Notes under the pieces: model-generated
The model's input: the letters and a program-made list of their open reading frames with translations, nothing else
Told to the model about the DNA's origin: nothing
The model's database searches: none
Source of the DNA: Atribacterota bacterium
GTDB lineage: Bacteria > Atribacterota > Phoenicimicrobiia > Phoenicimicrobiales > Stramentimicrobiaceae
NCBI GenBank assembly: GCA_040767965.1
Contig: JAXGNR010000010.1
Coordinates: 1 to 64,000 of the forward strand
DNA: 64,000 bases
Reading direction: 5' to 3'
Shown: piece after piece, positions 38,163-48,214 of the stretch
How the letters are laid out: each line of letters begins with the position of its first letter
Position numbering within the stretch: position 1 is the stretch's first letter
Translations under genes and position numbers: made by a program

Positions 38163-38858
38163 ATGATTGAAGATATAAAAGAAGAATTCCAAAAATTAAA
38201 AAATCCAGAACATGCAGCCCAATTGCAAAGATATTTCAAAACAGGCAAAGGTGAATATGGTGAAGGAGACATATTTTTAGGTTTGCGGGTTCCTGTTATC
38301 AGGAAAACTGCCAGGAAATACAAAACAATATCATTGGAAATTGCAGTAAAATTTCTCCACTCTCCATTTCATGAAGAACGATTATTTGCTCTGCTTGTAA
38401 TGATAGAAATGCTAAAAAAAGCAAACGGGATAGATAAGGAAAAAATTTATAATCTTTATTTAAACAATACTGAATATATTAACAATTGGGATTTAGTTGA
38501 TTTATCTGCAGGAAAAATAATAGGAAGTTATTTATTTGATCGAAGCAGAGAACCTCTTTATCTTTTAGCCAAATCAAAATATATATGGGAACGTAGGATT
38601 GCCATTATATCTACTTCATACTTTATTTCCAAGAATGACTTTGAAGATACATTAAATATTGCAGAGGTCCTATTACAGGATAAAGAAGACCTAATCCAGA
38701 AAGCAGTTGGCTGGATGCTTAGAGAAGTAGGTAAAAGAGATCTTGAGACTGAAGAAAGATTTTTAAAAATACATTATAAATTAATGCCTCGTACTATGTT
38801 GCGTTATGCAATTGAAAAATTTCCTGAAGCAAAAAGACAGATTTACTTAAAAAAATAA
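38163..38858 (+). CDS. DNA alkylation repair protein (AlkD-like)
   Basis: YFKTGKGEYGEGD.F.G, NNWDLVD, WERR and KAVGWMLRE.GK. Confidence 0.9.
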   Translation: MIEDIKEEFQKLKNPEHAAQLQRYFKTGKGEYGEGDIFLGLRVPVIRKTARKYKTISLEIAVKFLHSPFHEERLFALLVMIEMLKKANGIDKEKIYNLYLNNTEYINNWDLVDLSAGKIIGSYLFDRSREPLYLLAKSKYIWERRIAIISTSYFISKNDFEDTLNIAEVLLQDKEDLIQKAVGWMLREVGKRDLETEERFLKIHYKLMPRTMLRYAIEKFPEAKRQIYLKK

Positions 38859-39059
38859 AAATAATTATAAATTGTAAAAGAATAACTTCATTATTAAAAT
38901 CCTCTAACATCACAATCTTGCCTTAATATAAGTAACACAGAAAAAATTAAATAATAATCCTTTCTTATTTTTTTCAAAATAACAAGAGTAATTATGCTGC
39001 ATTAAATGTTTGCAGGTAAATTTGAAATTTATAAATAAGAAATGTTTGTTAAATAAAGA

Positions 39060-39107
39060 TTGACAAAAAATTTTTTCAGATTTACCATGTTAATGGTAAT
39101 CATTATC
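39060..39107 (+). promoter_or_regulatory. Sigma70 promoter followed by a Fur box
   Basis: TTGACA, 17 bp, TACCAT; GTTAATGGTAATCATTATC (39089-39107) matches GATAATGATAATCATTATC at 17 of 19 positions. Confidence 0.8.
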
Positions 39108-39175
39108 AATAGTGAGCTATTTTATATTTGTTAAATAGAATTGTAAAAAAATAAAAAGGAAGGAAGTGAGTAGAG

Positions 39176-39388
39176 ATGCCCAGGGGAGATGGAACTGGAC
39201 CAGCAAGTACTGGCCAAGGATTCGGGCAGGGTAGAGGATCCAGACAAGGCCGCCGAGGAGGCGGAGGAGTTGGAGTTGAAGGAAATTGTGTTTGCCCTTC
39301 ATGCGACAATATTGTTGGACACCAAATAGGTGTTCCATGTAATAAGGTAAAATGCCCTAAATGCGGGACTTTGATGATAAAACAATAA
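39176..39388 (+). CDS. DUF5320-like Gly/Arg-rich protein with a Cys-rich metal-binding end
   Basis: MPRGDGTGP...GRG, CVCPSC...H..GVPC and CPKCG. Confidence 0.75.
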   Translation: MPRGDGTGPASTGQGFGQGRGSRQGRRGGGGVGVEGNCVCPSCDNIVGHQIGVPCNKVKCPKCGTLMIKQ

Positions 39389-39407
39389 AGTTAAGGAAGG
39401 TTACTAA

Positions 39408-40274
39408 ATGATTATTTCCATAGCCAGTGGCAAAGGCGGAACCGGCAAAACAACAATGGCCGTTAACTTGGCTTTAGTTTTAGCTGAGAATAAAGCCAGA
39501 AATATATTTTTTTTAGATTGTGATGTAGAAGAGCCAAATGCTCACCTGTTTTTGAATCCTGTTATAAAGAAAACAGAACCAGTTGAGGTGCCAGTTCCTG
39601 AGATTGATGATTCAAAATGCAACCATTGCGGTAAATGTGCAGAAGTCTGTGTTTATAATGCAATTGCGGTTACAAAAAACAAAGTCCTTATATTTCCTGA
39701 ATTATGTCATGGTTGTGGGGCTTGTTCTTTATTATGTCCTAAAAAAGCTATTAATGAGGTAGGAAAGTCAATAGGTATTTTAGAAGAAGGAAAATCAGGT
39801 ATGATTCATTTTTACCATGGTCTTTTAGATATAGGTGAACCGATGTCTCCTCCTATTATCAGAAAAATAAAAAAAAGAGGTTTACAGGGCTATTCTAAAT
39901 CTGAAAATAATAACATTATGCTAATAGATGCTCCTCCTGGTACCTCTTGTCCGGTTATTGAGTCAATTAAAGACAGTGATTATACTATATTGGTAACTGA
40001 GCCAACCCCTTTTGGATTACACGATCTTGTTTTAGCTGTAGAAGTGCTTCAAAAATTGAAAATTCCTCATGGTGTAATATTAAATAAAAGTAATGTTGGT
40101 GATTCTGGTGTAGAAGAATATTGTAAGGAAAATAATATTCCCATTTTATTATCTATTCCTTTAGATAAAGAAATTGCTATTGCTTATTCAAAAGGAATTC
40201 CAATTGTTGAGGCCAATCCTTCTTATAAGCAGAAATTTTTGGAGCTATATAAAAAAATAAGTAAAAATCTGTAA
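39408..40274 (+). CDS. MinD-superfamily P-loop ATPase with inserted 4Fe-4S domain (COG1149 type)
   Basis: SGKGGTGKT, DCDVEEPN, two CxxCxxCxxxC motifs and DAPPG. Confidence 0.9.
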   Translation: MIISIASGKGGTGKTTMAVNLALVLAENKARNIFFLDCDVEEPNAHLFLNPVIKKTEPVEVPVPEIDDSKCNHCGKCAEVCVYNAIAVTKNKVLIFPELCHGCGACSLLCPKKAINEVGKSIGILEEGKSGMIHFYHGLLDIGEPMSPPIIRKIKKRGLQGYSKSENNNIMLIDAPPGTSCPVIESIKDSDYTILVTEPTPFGLHDLVLAVEVLQKLKIPHGVILNKSNVGDSGVEEYCKENNIPILLSIPLDKEIAIAYSKGIPIVEANPSYKQKFLELYKKISKNL

Positions 40275-40310
40275 ATAATTGTTTATATTGTCATAAAAAA
40301 GAGGTTTTAA

Positions 40311-41186
40311 ATGAAAGAAATAGCAATAATAAGTGGCAAGGGGGGAACAGGTAAAACTATAATTGCAGCAAATATTGCAGTCCTGGCACAAAAAAAAGTT
40401 TTAAGTGACTGTGATGTTGATGCTTCTAATCTTCATCTGTTATTAAATAACAAAATAATAGAAAGGCATGATTTTTATGCAGGACTAATCCCGATTGTAG
40501 ACTTGAAAAAATGTATTAATTGCAATCGTTGTGTTGAGAGTTGCCGCTTTGATGCGATTAAAGAAGTGGGGCAAAAGATTAATATTGATCATATATCCTG
40601 CGAAGGATGCGGCTTATGTTCTCTGGTTTGCCCCGTTCAGGCAATCAAGATGAAAGAGAACCATTGTGGAGAATGGTATATTTCTGATACAAAATATGGT
40701 CCTTTAATACATGCCAGACTAGGCATTGCTGAGGAAAATTCAGGGAAATTAGTTACTTTAGTGCGCCAGAATAGTAAAAAAGTAGCGGGAAAAAACAGTT
40801 TAGATTTAATAGTAACTGACGGTCCTCCAGGGATTGGATGTCCGCTTATTGCTACTTTAACTGGTGTAAATTTAGCACTGATTGTTACCGAGCCAACATT
40901 ATCAGGTATCCATGATTTAGAGAGAGTAACCAGGGTAGCATGTCATTTTGGAGTTAGAATAATTGTTCTTATAAATAAGTATGACATTAATATAGAAAAT
41001 TCTATTAAAATAGAAAAGTGGTGTGAAAATCAAAATATTAAGGTAGTTGGCAGGATTCACTTTGACAATATTTTTACTGAAGCCCTGGCTAACGGTATGC
41101 CTTTAATAGAATATAGTAAAAACAGCAAAGCAAGTTTAGAGATAAAAGATGTCTGGGAAAGACTTAAAAATATATTAAACGAATAG
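40311..41186 (+). CDS. Second MinD-superfamily P-loop ATPase with 4Fe-4S domain
   Basis: SGKGGTGKT, DCDVDA, two CxxCxxCxxxC motifs, ENSGKLV and DGPPGIGC. Confidence 0.9.
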   Translation: MKEIAIISGKGGTGKTIIAANIAVLAQKKVLSDCDVDASNLHLLLNNKIIERHDFYAGLIPIVDLKKCINCNRCVESCRFDAIKEVGQKINIDHISCEGCGLCSLVCPVQAIKMKENHCGEWYISDTKYGPLIHARLGIAEENSGKLVTLVRQNSKKVAGKNSLDLIVTDGPPGIGCPLIATLTGVNLALIVTEPTLSGIHDLERVTRVACHFGVRIIVLINKYDINIENSIKIEKWCENQNIKVVGRIHFDNIFTEALANGMPLIEYSKNSKASLEIKDVWERLKNILNE

Positions 41187-41200
41187 AAAGGAGAGAAAAT

Positions 41201-42142
41201 ATGCCTACTTTTGGACCTGTACCTTCCAGGCGTTTAGGGCAAAGCCTGGGAATAAATAACATTCCTCCTAAGATTTGTTCTTATTCTTGTGTTTATTGTC
41301 AAATAGGTAAGACTCTTCGGGTAAAGACAGATTTACAAAATTATTACTCTCCTGAGCAGATTTTTAAAGAAGTGGAAGAAAAGGTAAAGAAAAGTCAAGA
41401 AAAAGGTGAAAAAATTGATTATTTGACTTTTGTTCCAGATGGAGAACCTACTTTGGATATTAATCTGGGGCAGAAAATTCATTTAATTAAATCCCTGGGA
41501 ATTAAGACTGCAGTAATTACCAATGCTTCTCTCTTAGATAGAGAACAGGCAAGAGATAATTTGCAAGAAGCTGATCTGGTCTCTTTAAAAATAGACGCAG
41601 TTCAAGAAGAAGTATGGCGAAAAGTAAACAGGCCTCATCATGATATAGAGTTAGAATCCATGCTTAAAAATATTCTGTATTTTGCAAAAAACTTTCCAGG
41701 AGAAATAATAACAGAAACGATGCTAATCAGTAATTTAAATGATTCTATGGAAAATGTAATGCAAGTTGCTGCTTTTTTAGGACAAGTCAAACCAAATACT
41801 GCCTTTTTATCTATACCAATCAGGCCACCAGCTGAAAAATGGGTGCAACCACCGTCTGAACAGGTTTTAAGCAGAAGCTTTAATGTTTTTAAAGAAAAAA
41901 TTGATCAGGTAGAATATCTTATAGGCTATGAAGGAAATGCCTTTTCTTTCACCGGAAATGTTGAAGAAGATATTTTGAGCATAACTTCAGTACATCCAAT
42001 GCGCGAGGAAGCATTAAAGGATTTTTTAAAAAGAGCGAAGTCTGATTGGTCATCTATTGTCAGATTAATGAATGAACATAAATTAACAGAAACAGAGTAT
42101 AAAGGACATAAATTTTACATAAGAAAATTCTCACACTCATAA
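41201..42142 (+). CDS. Radical SAM protein (COG0731/TYW1-like)
   Basis: FGPVPSRRLG.SLG, CSYSCVYC and GEPTL. Confidence 0.88.
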   Translation: MPTFGPVPSRRLGQSLGINNIPPKICSYSCVYCQIGKTLRVKTDLQNYYSPEQIFKEVEEKVKKSQEKGEKIDYLTFVPDGEPTLDINLGQKIHLIKSLGIKTAVITNASLLDREQARDNLQEADLVSLKIDAVQEEVWRKVNRPHHDIELESMLKNILYFAKNFPGEIITETMLISNLNDSMENVMQVAAFLGQVKPNTAFLSIPIRPPAEKWVQPPSEQVLSRSFNVFKEKIDQVEYLIGYEGNAFSFTGNVEEDILSITSVHPMREEALKDFLKRAKSDWSSIVRLMNEHKLTETEYKGHKFYIRKFSHS

Positions 42143-42415
42143 CAATAGAAAGAAACGGCAAATACCAATAACTAGCTTTTTATTTTTAGAAAATACATTT
42201 CATGTTTCCTTTTAAAATATAAACCAGCAAATGAATTTTCAAAGGATTAATCCGATAACAACAAAAAAGTATAATCTAATTTGTTAAATTACTATTATGT
42301 GTTATAATTTTACATAAAAATAGTATCTTTAAAAAAGAGAAAAAAGAATCTTTTAAATATTAACCTGATTTAAAATTAATAATTTAATTTTGCAGGATAT
42401 TAAGGAGGTATAATA

Positions 42416-42490
42416 ATGAGTTTTTTTGAAGATTTAGAATGGTATTGGATTGCTGCAATTGTCGGCTTAATTCTTCTTATTATATTCTAG
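42416..42490 (+). CDS. 24-aa single-TM microprotein (not in ORF track)
   Basis: TAAGGAGGT SD; MSFFEDLEWYWIAAIVGLILLIIF*; upstream extended -10 and downstream hairpin. Confidence 0.65.
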   Translation: MSFFEDLEWYWIAAIVGLILLIIF

Positions 42491-42514
42491 ACATGTCTGA
42501 GTAAAATTGTTTTT

Positions 42515-42550
42515 AACAGGTAATATTTTTCTAACAAAATATTACCTGTT
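42515..42550 (+). terminator. Intrinsic terminator after the microprotein gene
   Basis: 15-bp inverted repeat AACAGGTAATATTTT / AAAATATTACCTGTT followed by a T-rich tail. Confidence 0.7.
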
Positions 42551-42591
42551 TATTTATTAGTAATATAAAATAAATAAAAGTAGCAAAAGTA

Positions 42592-43191
42592 ATGGAAAAT
42601 AAAATCATAAAACTACCTATTCCCCAAAAAGACCTTGCTTTTCCTCTTATGAAGGCACTGGAAAAACGTCGATCTAAAAGAAAATGGATTGGAAGACCGC
42701 TTTCAGAACAGGAATTATCTAATCTCCTCTGGGCTGCTTGCGGTATCAGCAGGCAAGAATCTAAACAATCAAATAGTAAAAGGACTGCTCCATCTGCTTG
42801 TGATTCACAGGAAATAAAAATATATATTGCCTTAGAAAATGGCCTTTTCCTTTATGATGAAAAGAATCACCAACTAATACAAATTCTGAATCAGGACATT
42901 AGAGCTGACCTGGGTACTCAAAAAATAATGAAAACAGCCCCGGCAGGACTAATCTATGTAACTGATTTTTCAAAAATGAAATCCGTTCTTTTTCAGGACG
43001 ACCAGCAGAAATGGCTTTTTTCAGTTACAGATACCGGATTTATTAGTCAGAATGTCTATCTTTATTGTTCTGCCGCTAATCTGAATACAGTTGTTTTGGG
43101 TCTGGTTGATAGAGATAAACTGCAAAATATTATGGGTTTGCAAGAGCATGAAAGGGTTGTGTTTACTCAGCCAGTTGGGTATTCTGTATAA
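42592..43191 (+). CDS. SagB/ThcOx-like nitroreductase
   Basis: AL..RRS.R, LS.LLWAA.G, RTAPSA and QNVYL. Confidence 0.88.
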   Translation: MENKIIKLPIPQKDLAFPLMKALEKRRSKRKWIGRPLSEQELSNLLWAACGISRQESKQSNSKRTAPSACDSQEIKIYIALENGLFLYDEKNHQLIQILNQDIRADLGTQKIMKTAPAGLIYVTDFSKMKSVLFQDDQQKWLFSVTDTGFISQNVYLYCSAANLNTVVLGLVDRDKLQNIMGLQEHERVVFTQPVGYSV

Positions 43192-43394
43192 AGTAATTAA
43201 TCTTAAAATCTCCCTATATTTCCTAACATGATTATTGAAATCGCTCCTGACAGATCTTTTAAATAAAAAGTTTTATAAAAAATTAATATTTTTTTCAAAA
43301 GCTTTTTATTTTTAATTGATACAATAATAAAAATAATAGATTAAAGATTAAATATTCTAAAATTAATGACGGTTAACCTTTAAGGGGGAAGCAG

Positions 43395-44459
43395 ATGAAA
43401 AAGAAGTATTTTATTTTAAGTTGTTCGCTATTATTTCTGGTATTAATTGGGAGTAGTCAGGCAATAGCTCAAGATAATATTATGTTGGGAATATCTGAGA
43501 TGATCACCTTAGCAATGTCTAATAATATTCAACTTAAAAAAGCAAACTTCCAGCTGGAAAATAATAGATTAGAGTCAAAAAAATTAGAAGCTGAAAATTT
43601 GCTGAACAGTTCTGCTATTTCTGATTTACAAAAAAAAATTGCCTTGCTGAATCAACAAGCCCAATATCAAACAGAAAAAGATCAATTATTAATTAAAATA
43701 GCTGATGATTATTTTCGAATTATAATGCTTGAAAAAGAAATTGAAAGTAAAAAGAAAAATGCTGAATTAGAAAAAACTATTCTGGATGGAATTGAGCAAC
43801 AGGTAGCAGCAGGCTACAGGATTGATCTTGATTTGTTACAACAGGGCAATATCTATTTTGATGCTTTTTTCGCTTATCAGGAAAGTGAATTAAAATATCA
43901 GCAACTTTTAATTGAAGTAAAGAACAGACTTGGTTTGAATAAAGAGAGGAGCATTACTCTTACTGAAATGGAAATACCGGAATTACCAGAATTGCCTTTA
44001 GTGGAATTGTTAGAAAAGGCCCGCATAAATAGTGCTCCCTTAAAAGCTCATGTGCTCAAAATTGAATTGGCTCAAAGAGAATTGAAGTCTGCCAAAGCAG
44101 ATAATTTAAGCGAAATTGAAATATTAAAATTAGAAAATAATTTTGGGATTGCCCGTTTAGAAAAATCTATGGATGAACAAGATCTGGATTATCAGGTTGA
44201 ATCCCTGTGGCTAAACTATAATCAGGCCAAAAATGATATGATATCAAGCCAAAGAAGTTTACAGCAAATGAAGGAAAATGAAAAGATAATCAACAGACAG
44301 GTGCAAGCAGGTCTGAGAAGTGAAGAAGAAAGTCTTTCGGCTTCAATAGGAGTGGTTGATGCTCAATATCGGTTTATTTCTTCGGTTAGGCAAGGTTATC
44401 AGTCATATCTTGAATTGCAAAGACTAGTAGGAACTTTAAATGAAGGAGCTTTAAAATGA
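43395..44459 (+). CDS. TolC/OEP-like secreted coiled-coil protein
   Basis: Signal peptide, A..NN..L and two OEP-like helical repeats. Confidence 0.65.
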   Translation: MKKKYFILSCSLLFLVLIGSSQAIAQDNIMLGISEMITLAMSNNIQLKKANFQLENNRLESKKLEAENLLNSSAISDLQKKIALLNQQAQYQTEKDQLLIKIADDYFRIIMLEKEIESKKKNAELEKTILDGIEQQVAAGYRIDLDLLQQGNIYFDAFFAYQESELKYQQLLIEVKNRLGLNKERSITLTEMEIPELPELPLVELLEKARINSAPLKAHVLKIELAQRELKSAKADNLSEIEILKLENNFGIARLEKSMDEQDLDYQVESLWLNYNQAKNDMISSQRSLQQMKENEKIINRQVQAGLRSEEESLSASIGVVDAQYRFISSVRQGYQSYLELQRLVGTLNEGALK

Positions 44460-45928
44460 TAGAAAAAATTAAAGCCAGAATAGTATTTTTAATATTTTTT
44501 CCATTATTAATCTTTTATATCATGATTTTTTGTTTTCAGGTTACTGCAGATGAAATATCAGGAATGAGTTTTGAAGAGGTAATCAAATGGGGCTTGGAGA
44601 ATAATCATGAGTTAAACATAATTCGCAATAATATTAATGAAATAGAAAAGAACATAGAAATAATAAATGCAGGAGAATCTTTCCAGGTCGATTTAAGCAT
44701 CACTCCCATCTGGCACTTTAACGAAATTGAAGAAAATAGCCAAATAATTGAGTTAAATAAAAATTCTTTTTCCCCTAATGCAGAAGTTAGTTTGTCTGCC
44801 ACCAAGCAACTGGCTGGCAATATTAATTTATCAACTGAGTTAAACTGGAAAACAGCCAGCTTGTATCAGGAAAATTTTACTGAGTTAACTGAAAAAATTA
44901 ATGCAGATTTAAGATTAAGCAAAAAAATATATCCGAACACCCCTAGTGAAAACGAAAAACAGGTTTACTCCTTAAGAAACCAGCTGGAGATGTCTTTACA
45001 GGAATTAAAATGGGCGGAAACTGAAAAACAAATTGAATTTATTCAAGATTACCTGAACATTATCAGATTGCAAAAACAGATGGATATCGCCCGGGAACGT
45101 CAACAATTAGCCATGATTGAAATGATAAAAACAGAAAAACGAATTGAATTAGGAGAAGGTGGCTATCAGCAAGAAGCAGAGGCTGAAATAAATATGGAAG
45201 AAGCCTCCAATAATCTTTTCAGTATAGAGCAAAATCTTACGCAGGCTAAACAACAATGGGCTCTTTCTTTGAATTTACCCGCTGATATGAATGTTGTTTT
45301 TAAAGAAGATGTTGATTTGATTAAAAAACTTTTCACAGAGATGGAAAACCTGGTTACTGATTATGAAAGCAGCGAAATCTTAACTAAAAAAATTGTTAAA
45401 ACACATTATCAGCTAAAAAATAGCCAGATTGAGATGGAAGAACTTGTTAATGAATTAAAATGGACTGAAGATGCTGGCAAACCTGCAATTAATCTAGCTG
45501 GCGGTTATGATTATCCTGATACTAACTGGTTTATAATGCTTGATTTTACAATGAAGTTGTCTGATGGTGGATTACAGCAATTAAGAGAAGAGCAGAGAGC
45601 AAGAATTATCCGGCAAAAGGAAATAAATATCACCTATCTAACTGAACAATTAAGATTACAGGCAGAGCAATTATCAGGAAGAGATGAATATAATTATCTT
45701 AACTGGAATACCCAAAAAAAAGCTCTGGAGAAAGAACAAAACAGAGTGGACATCATAAAAATGCAGTATCAGCAGGGAGCAATAAATGAAACACAGCTAA
45801 AAAATGCCTTTTTAACATTGCAGGAAAAAGAAATCCAGGCCAGACAAGCAGCAGATGAATGGTTTATTAATCGCTTAAAATTAGCTCAATTAACAGGTTA
45901 TTTTGAGGCAGACATAAATGTAAATTAA
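44456..45928 (+). CDS. TolC family outer-membrane efflux protein
   Basis: Signal peptide, L.NN.EL, P.INL.GG and Y.QG.I; overlaps the previous stop. Confidence 0.7.
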   Translation: MIEKIKARIVFLIFFPLLIFYIMIFCFQVTADEISGMSFEEVIKWGLENNHELNIIRNNINEIEKNIEIINAGESFQVDLSITPIWHFNEIEENSQIIELNKNSFSPNAEVSLSATKQLAGNINLSTELNWKTASLYQENFTELTEKINADLRLSKKIYPNTPSENEKQVYSLRNQLEMSLQELKWAETEKQIEFIQDYLNIIRLQKQMDIARERQQLAMIEMIKTEKRIELGEGGYQQEAEAEINMEEASNNLFSIEQNLTQAKQQWALSLNLPADMNVVFKEDVDLIKKLFTEMENLVTDYESSEILTKKIVKTHYQLKNSQIEMEELVNELKWTEDAGKPAINLAGGYDYPDTNWFIMLDFTMKLSDGGLQQLREEQRARIIRQKEINITYLTEQLRLQAEQLSGRDEYNYLNWNTQKKALEKEQNRVDIIKMQYQQGAINETQLKNAFLTLQEKEIQARQAADEWFINRLKLAQLTGYFEADINVN

Positions 45929-46272
45929 TATCTTTAATAAAGAAACCCGCTAACCTGTCTAACTACTTAATAAGTAAAATAAGATATTTAATGCTATGCC
46001 AATTAATATTAAAAAGTCCAAATAAAAACATTTAAAAACAAATTAAATCTAAAATATATTTAGTACAAAAAATATTATTTAAACTAAATAAAAATCATAT
46101 TTATCTCATTTTCATTGATAAAAGTTAATAAAAAAATATTTATATGATTTTTTATGTTTAAAAAATATTATTGCAGATTAAAACCATTAAAATATAGGCG
46201 ATTAAGAGTGTCAGGCGTAAATAGTTATTAATAAAGGTTTTAATAGGAATAATATTTTCTACTGTAAAAATA

Positions 46273-46301
46273 TTGACAAAATATTAAGTATCCTATATAT
46301 T
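46273..46301 (+). promoter_or_regulatory. Sigma70 promoter of the osmoprotectant ABC operon
   Basis: TTGACA, 17 bp, TATATT. Confidence 0.6.
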
Positions 46302-46381
46302 AATAAAACAAAATTTTATTGTGATTGACTATTCTGAGAAGGTATAATAATTATATAAAATTTAAAGTATAGGGAGGCAAG

Positions 46382-47038
46382 ATGACATTATCTTTATTCT
46401 GGCAATATTATCAAGACCAGATAATAATGGAATTGCTGCAACATCTGAAAATAATTATAATTAGTATACCGATTGCAATTTTAATCAGTGTTCCATTGGG
46501 TTTTTTCATTTCCTCCCGTCCCAAAACGGCTCGCTATGTTATTAATTTGACCAGCATTTTAATGACCATACCTAGTTTAGCCTTGTATGGGATTATGGTA
46601 GCAGTCTACTCCTTGATTGATCAGGGTCTGGGAGTTGTGCCTGCTGTAACTGCTATCACTATTTATTCCTTGCTTCCTATTACAAGAAATACCTATCTGG
46701 CTTTAAATCAAGTTAGCCCGGAAATGATTGATGCTGCAATTGGTATAGGAATGTCCAGCAAAAGAATTTTATGGCAAATAAAAATACCTTTATCAATTCC
46801 AACTATTATGGCTGGAATCAGGATTGCAATTGTCATGAGTGTTGGAGTAGCAACATTTGCATATTTAGTTGCTGCTGGTGGATTAGGATTTTTTATTTTT
46901 GCAGGAATTGGGCGTGCCAACTACACAATGATTGGAGTAGGGGCTTTTCTTATTTCCTTACTTGGAATTAGTTTCAACTTCTTATTTTTAAAAATAGAAG
47001 ATTTGATAACTCCAAAAGGTTTAAAAGTTAAAAAATAG
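46382..47038 (+). CDS. Osmoprotectant ABC transporter permease
   Basis: TIPSLAL, EAA-like loop DAAIGIGM and AGGLG. Confidence 0.9.
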   Translation: MTLSLFWQYYQDQIIMELLQHLKIIIISIPIAILISVPLGFFISSRPKTARYVINLTSILMTIPSLALYGIMVAVYSLIDQGLGVVPAVTAITIYSLLPITRNTYLALNQVSPEMIDAAIGIGMSSKRILWQIKIPLSIPTIMAGIRIAIVMSVGVATFAYLVAAGGLGFFIFAGIGRANYTMIGVGAFLISLLGISFNFLFLKIEDLITPKGLKVKK

Positions 47039-47076
47039 TAAATTAATTCTGAATTTAATATCAGGAGTCTAAAATT

Positions 47077-48168
47077 ATGATTGAGCTAAAAAATGTAATA
47101 AAGAGATACGGAGAATTAACTGCAGTTAACAATATCAGCATGAATATAGAAAAAGGGCAGATTACTATGCTCATTGGCCCTTCTGGTTGCGGGAAAACAA
47201 CAACTTTAAGAATGATCAACAGAATGGTTCAACATGATGAAGGACAAATTTTAATTAATGAACAATCAGTATATGATATAGACCCGGTACAATTAAGAAG
47301 AAAAATTGGTTATGTTATTCAGGGAGTAGGACTTTTCCCCCATTTTACAGTTTTCGATAATATTGCAGCAGTTCCCAGAATGTTGAGATGGGATAAGAAT
47401 AAGATTAAGGAGCGTGTATTTGAGTTGCTGGAGTTAGTGACACTGGATGAAACGTATGCTTATAAATACCCAATGCAATTATCTGGTGGAGAAAGGCAAA
47501 GAGTTGGATTAGCAAGGGCATTAGGTGCAGATCCTGAAATACTGCTTATGGATGAGCCTTTTGGAGCCATTGACCCCATTAATCGTACAAAATTGCAGGA
47601 TTCTTTTTTGGAAATACAGGAAGAAATTAAAAAAACTATCATTTTTGTAACCCATGATATTAATGAGGCTATTAAGCTTGGAGACAAGATAGCTATCATC
47701 AAAGATGGAAATCTTATTCAATATGATGAAGTGACTATGATTATTAATAATCCTGCTGATGAATTTGTAGAAAATTTACTTGGGAAAGACCGAAACGTAA
47801 AAGCGCTCTCACTGAAAAAAGCCAAAAACTATATTAGAAAAGAAGGTTATCTGGTGGTTGATGAAAAAGAAACCCGGGAAAATGTAAAAAAGATGATATT
47901 AGAAAATGAAACAGAGTTTGCTTTTGCCCTGGATTCAAAGAAGAGATTAAGAGGAAGATTTTTCATTGAACCAAAAGATAAAGACGGGAAAGAATACAGA
48001 ATTATTTACAATTCTAACCCTTATATTGCCGAAAGAAATAGTAACTTGAATGAAATTCTTTCTAAAATGCTGGAAGCCGGTGAAAAAGAATTACCTGTTT
48101 TAAATAATAAACATCAGTTTTTAGGAATAATAAAACTGGATGATATTTTTTCTGAAGTTAATAAATAG
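47077..48168 (+). CDS. Osmoprotectant ABC transporter ATPase (OpuCA-like) with CBS-like tail
   Basis: GPSGCGKTT, LSGGERQRVG and MDEPFGAID. Confidence 0.92.
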   Translation: MIELKNVIKRYGELTAVNNISMNIEKGQITMLIGPSGCGKTTTLRMINRMVQHDEGQILINEQSVYDIDPVQLRRKIGYVIQGVGLFPHFTVFDNIAAVPRMLRWDKNKIKERVFELLELVTLDETYAYKYPMQLSGGERQRVGLARALGADPEILLMDEPFGAIDPINRTKLQDSFLEIQEEIKKTIIFVTHDINEAIKLGDKIAIIKDGNLIQYDEVTMIINNPADEFVENLLGKDRNVKALSLKKAKNYIRKEGYLVVDEKETRENVKKMILENETEFAFALDSKKRLRGRFFIEPKDKDGKEYRIIYNSNPYIAERNSNLNEILSKMLEAGEKELPVLNNKHQFLGIIKLDDIFSEVNK

Positions 48169-48214
48169 AAATATTCAAATAATTTAAATTTACAGCGTAC
48201 AAGAGGTTGATCTT

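Noticed and set aside
45929-46381. c-di-AMP (ydaO) riboswitch upstream of the osmoprotectant transporter
   Set aside because: No ydaO consensus elements are visible, and the promoter leaves only a short AT-rich leader.
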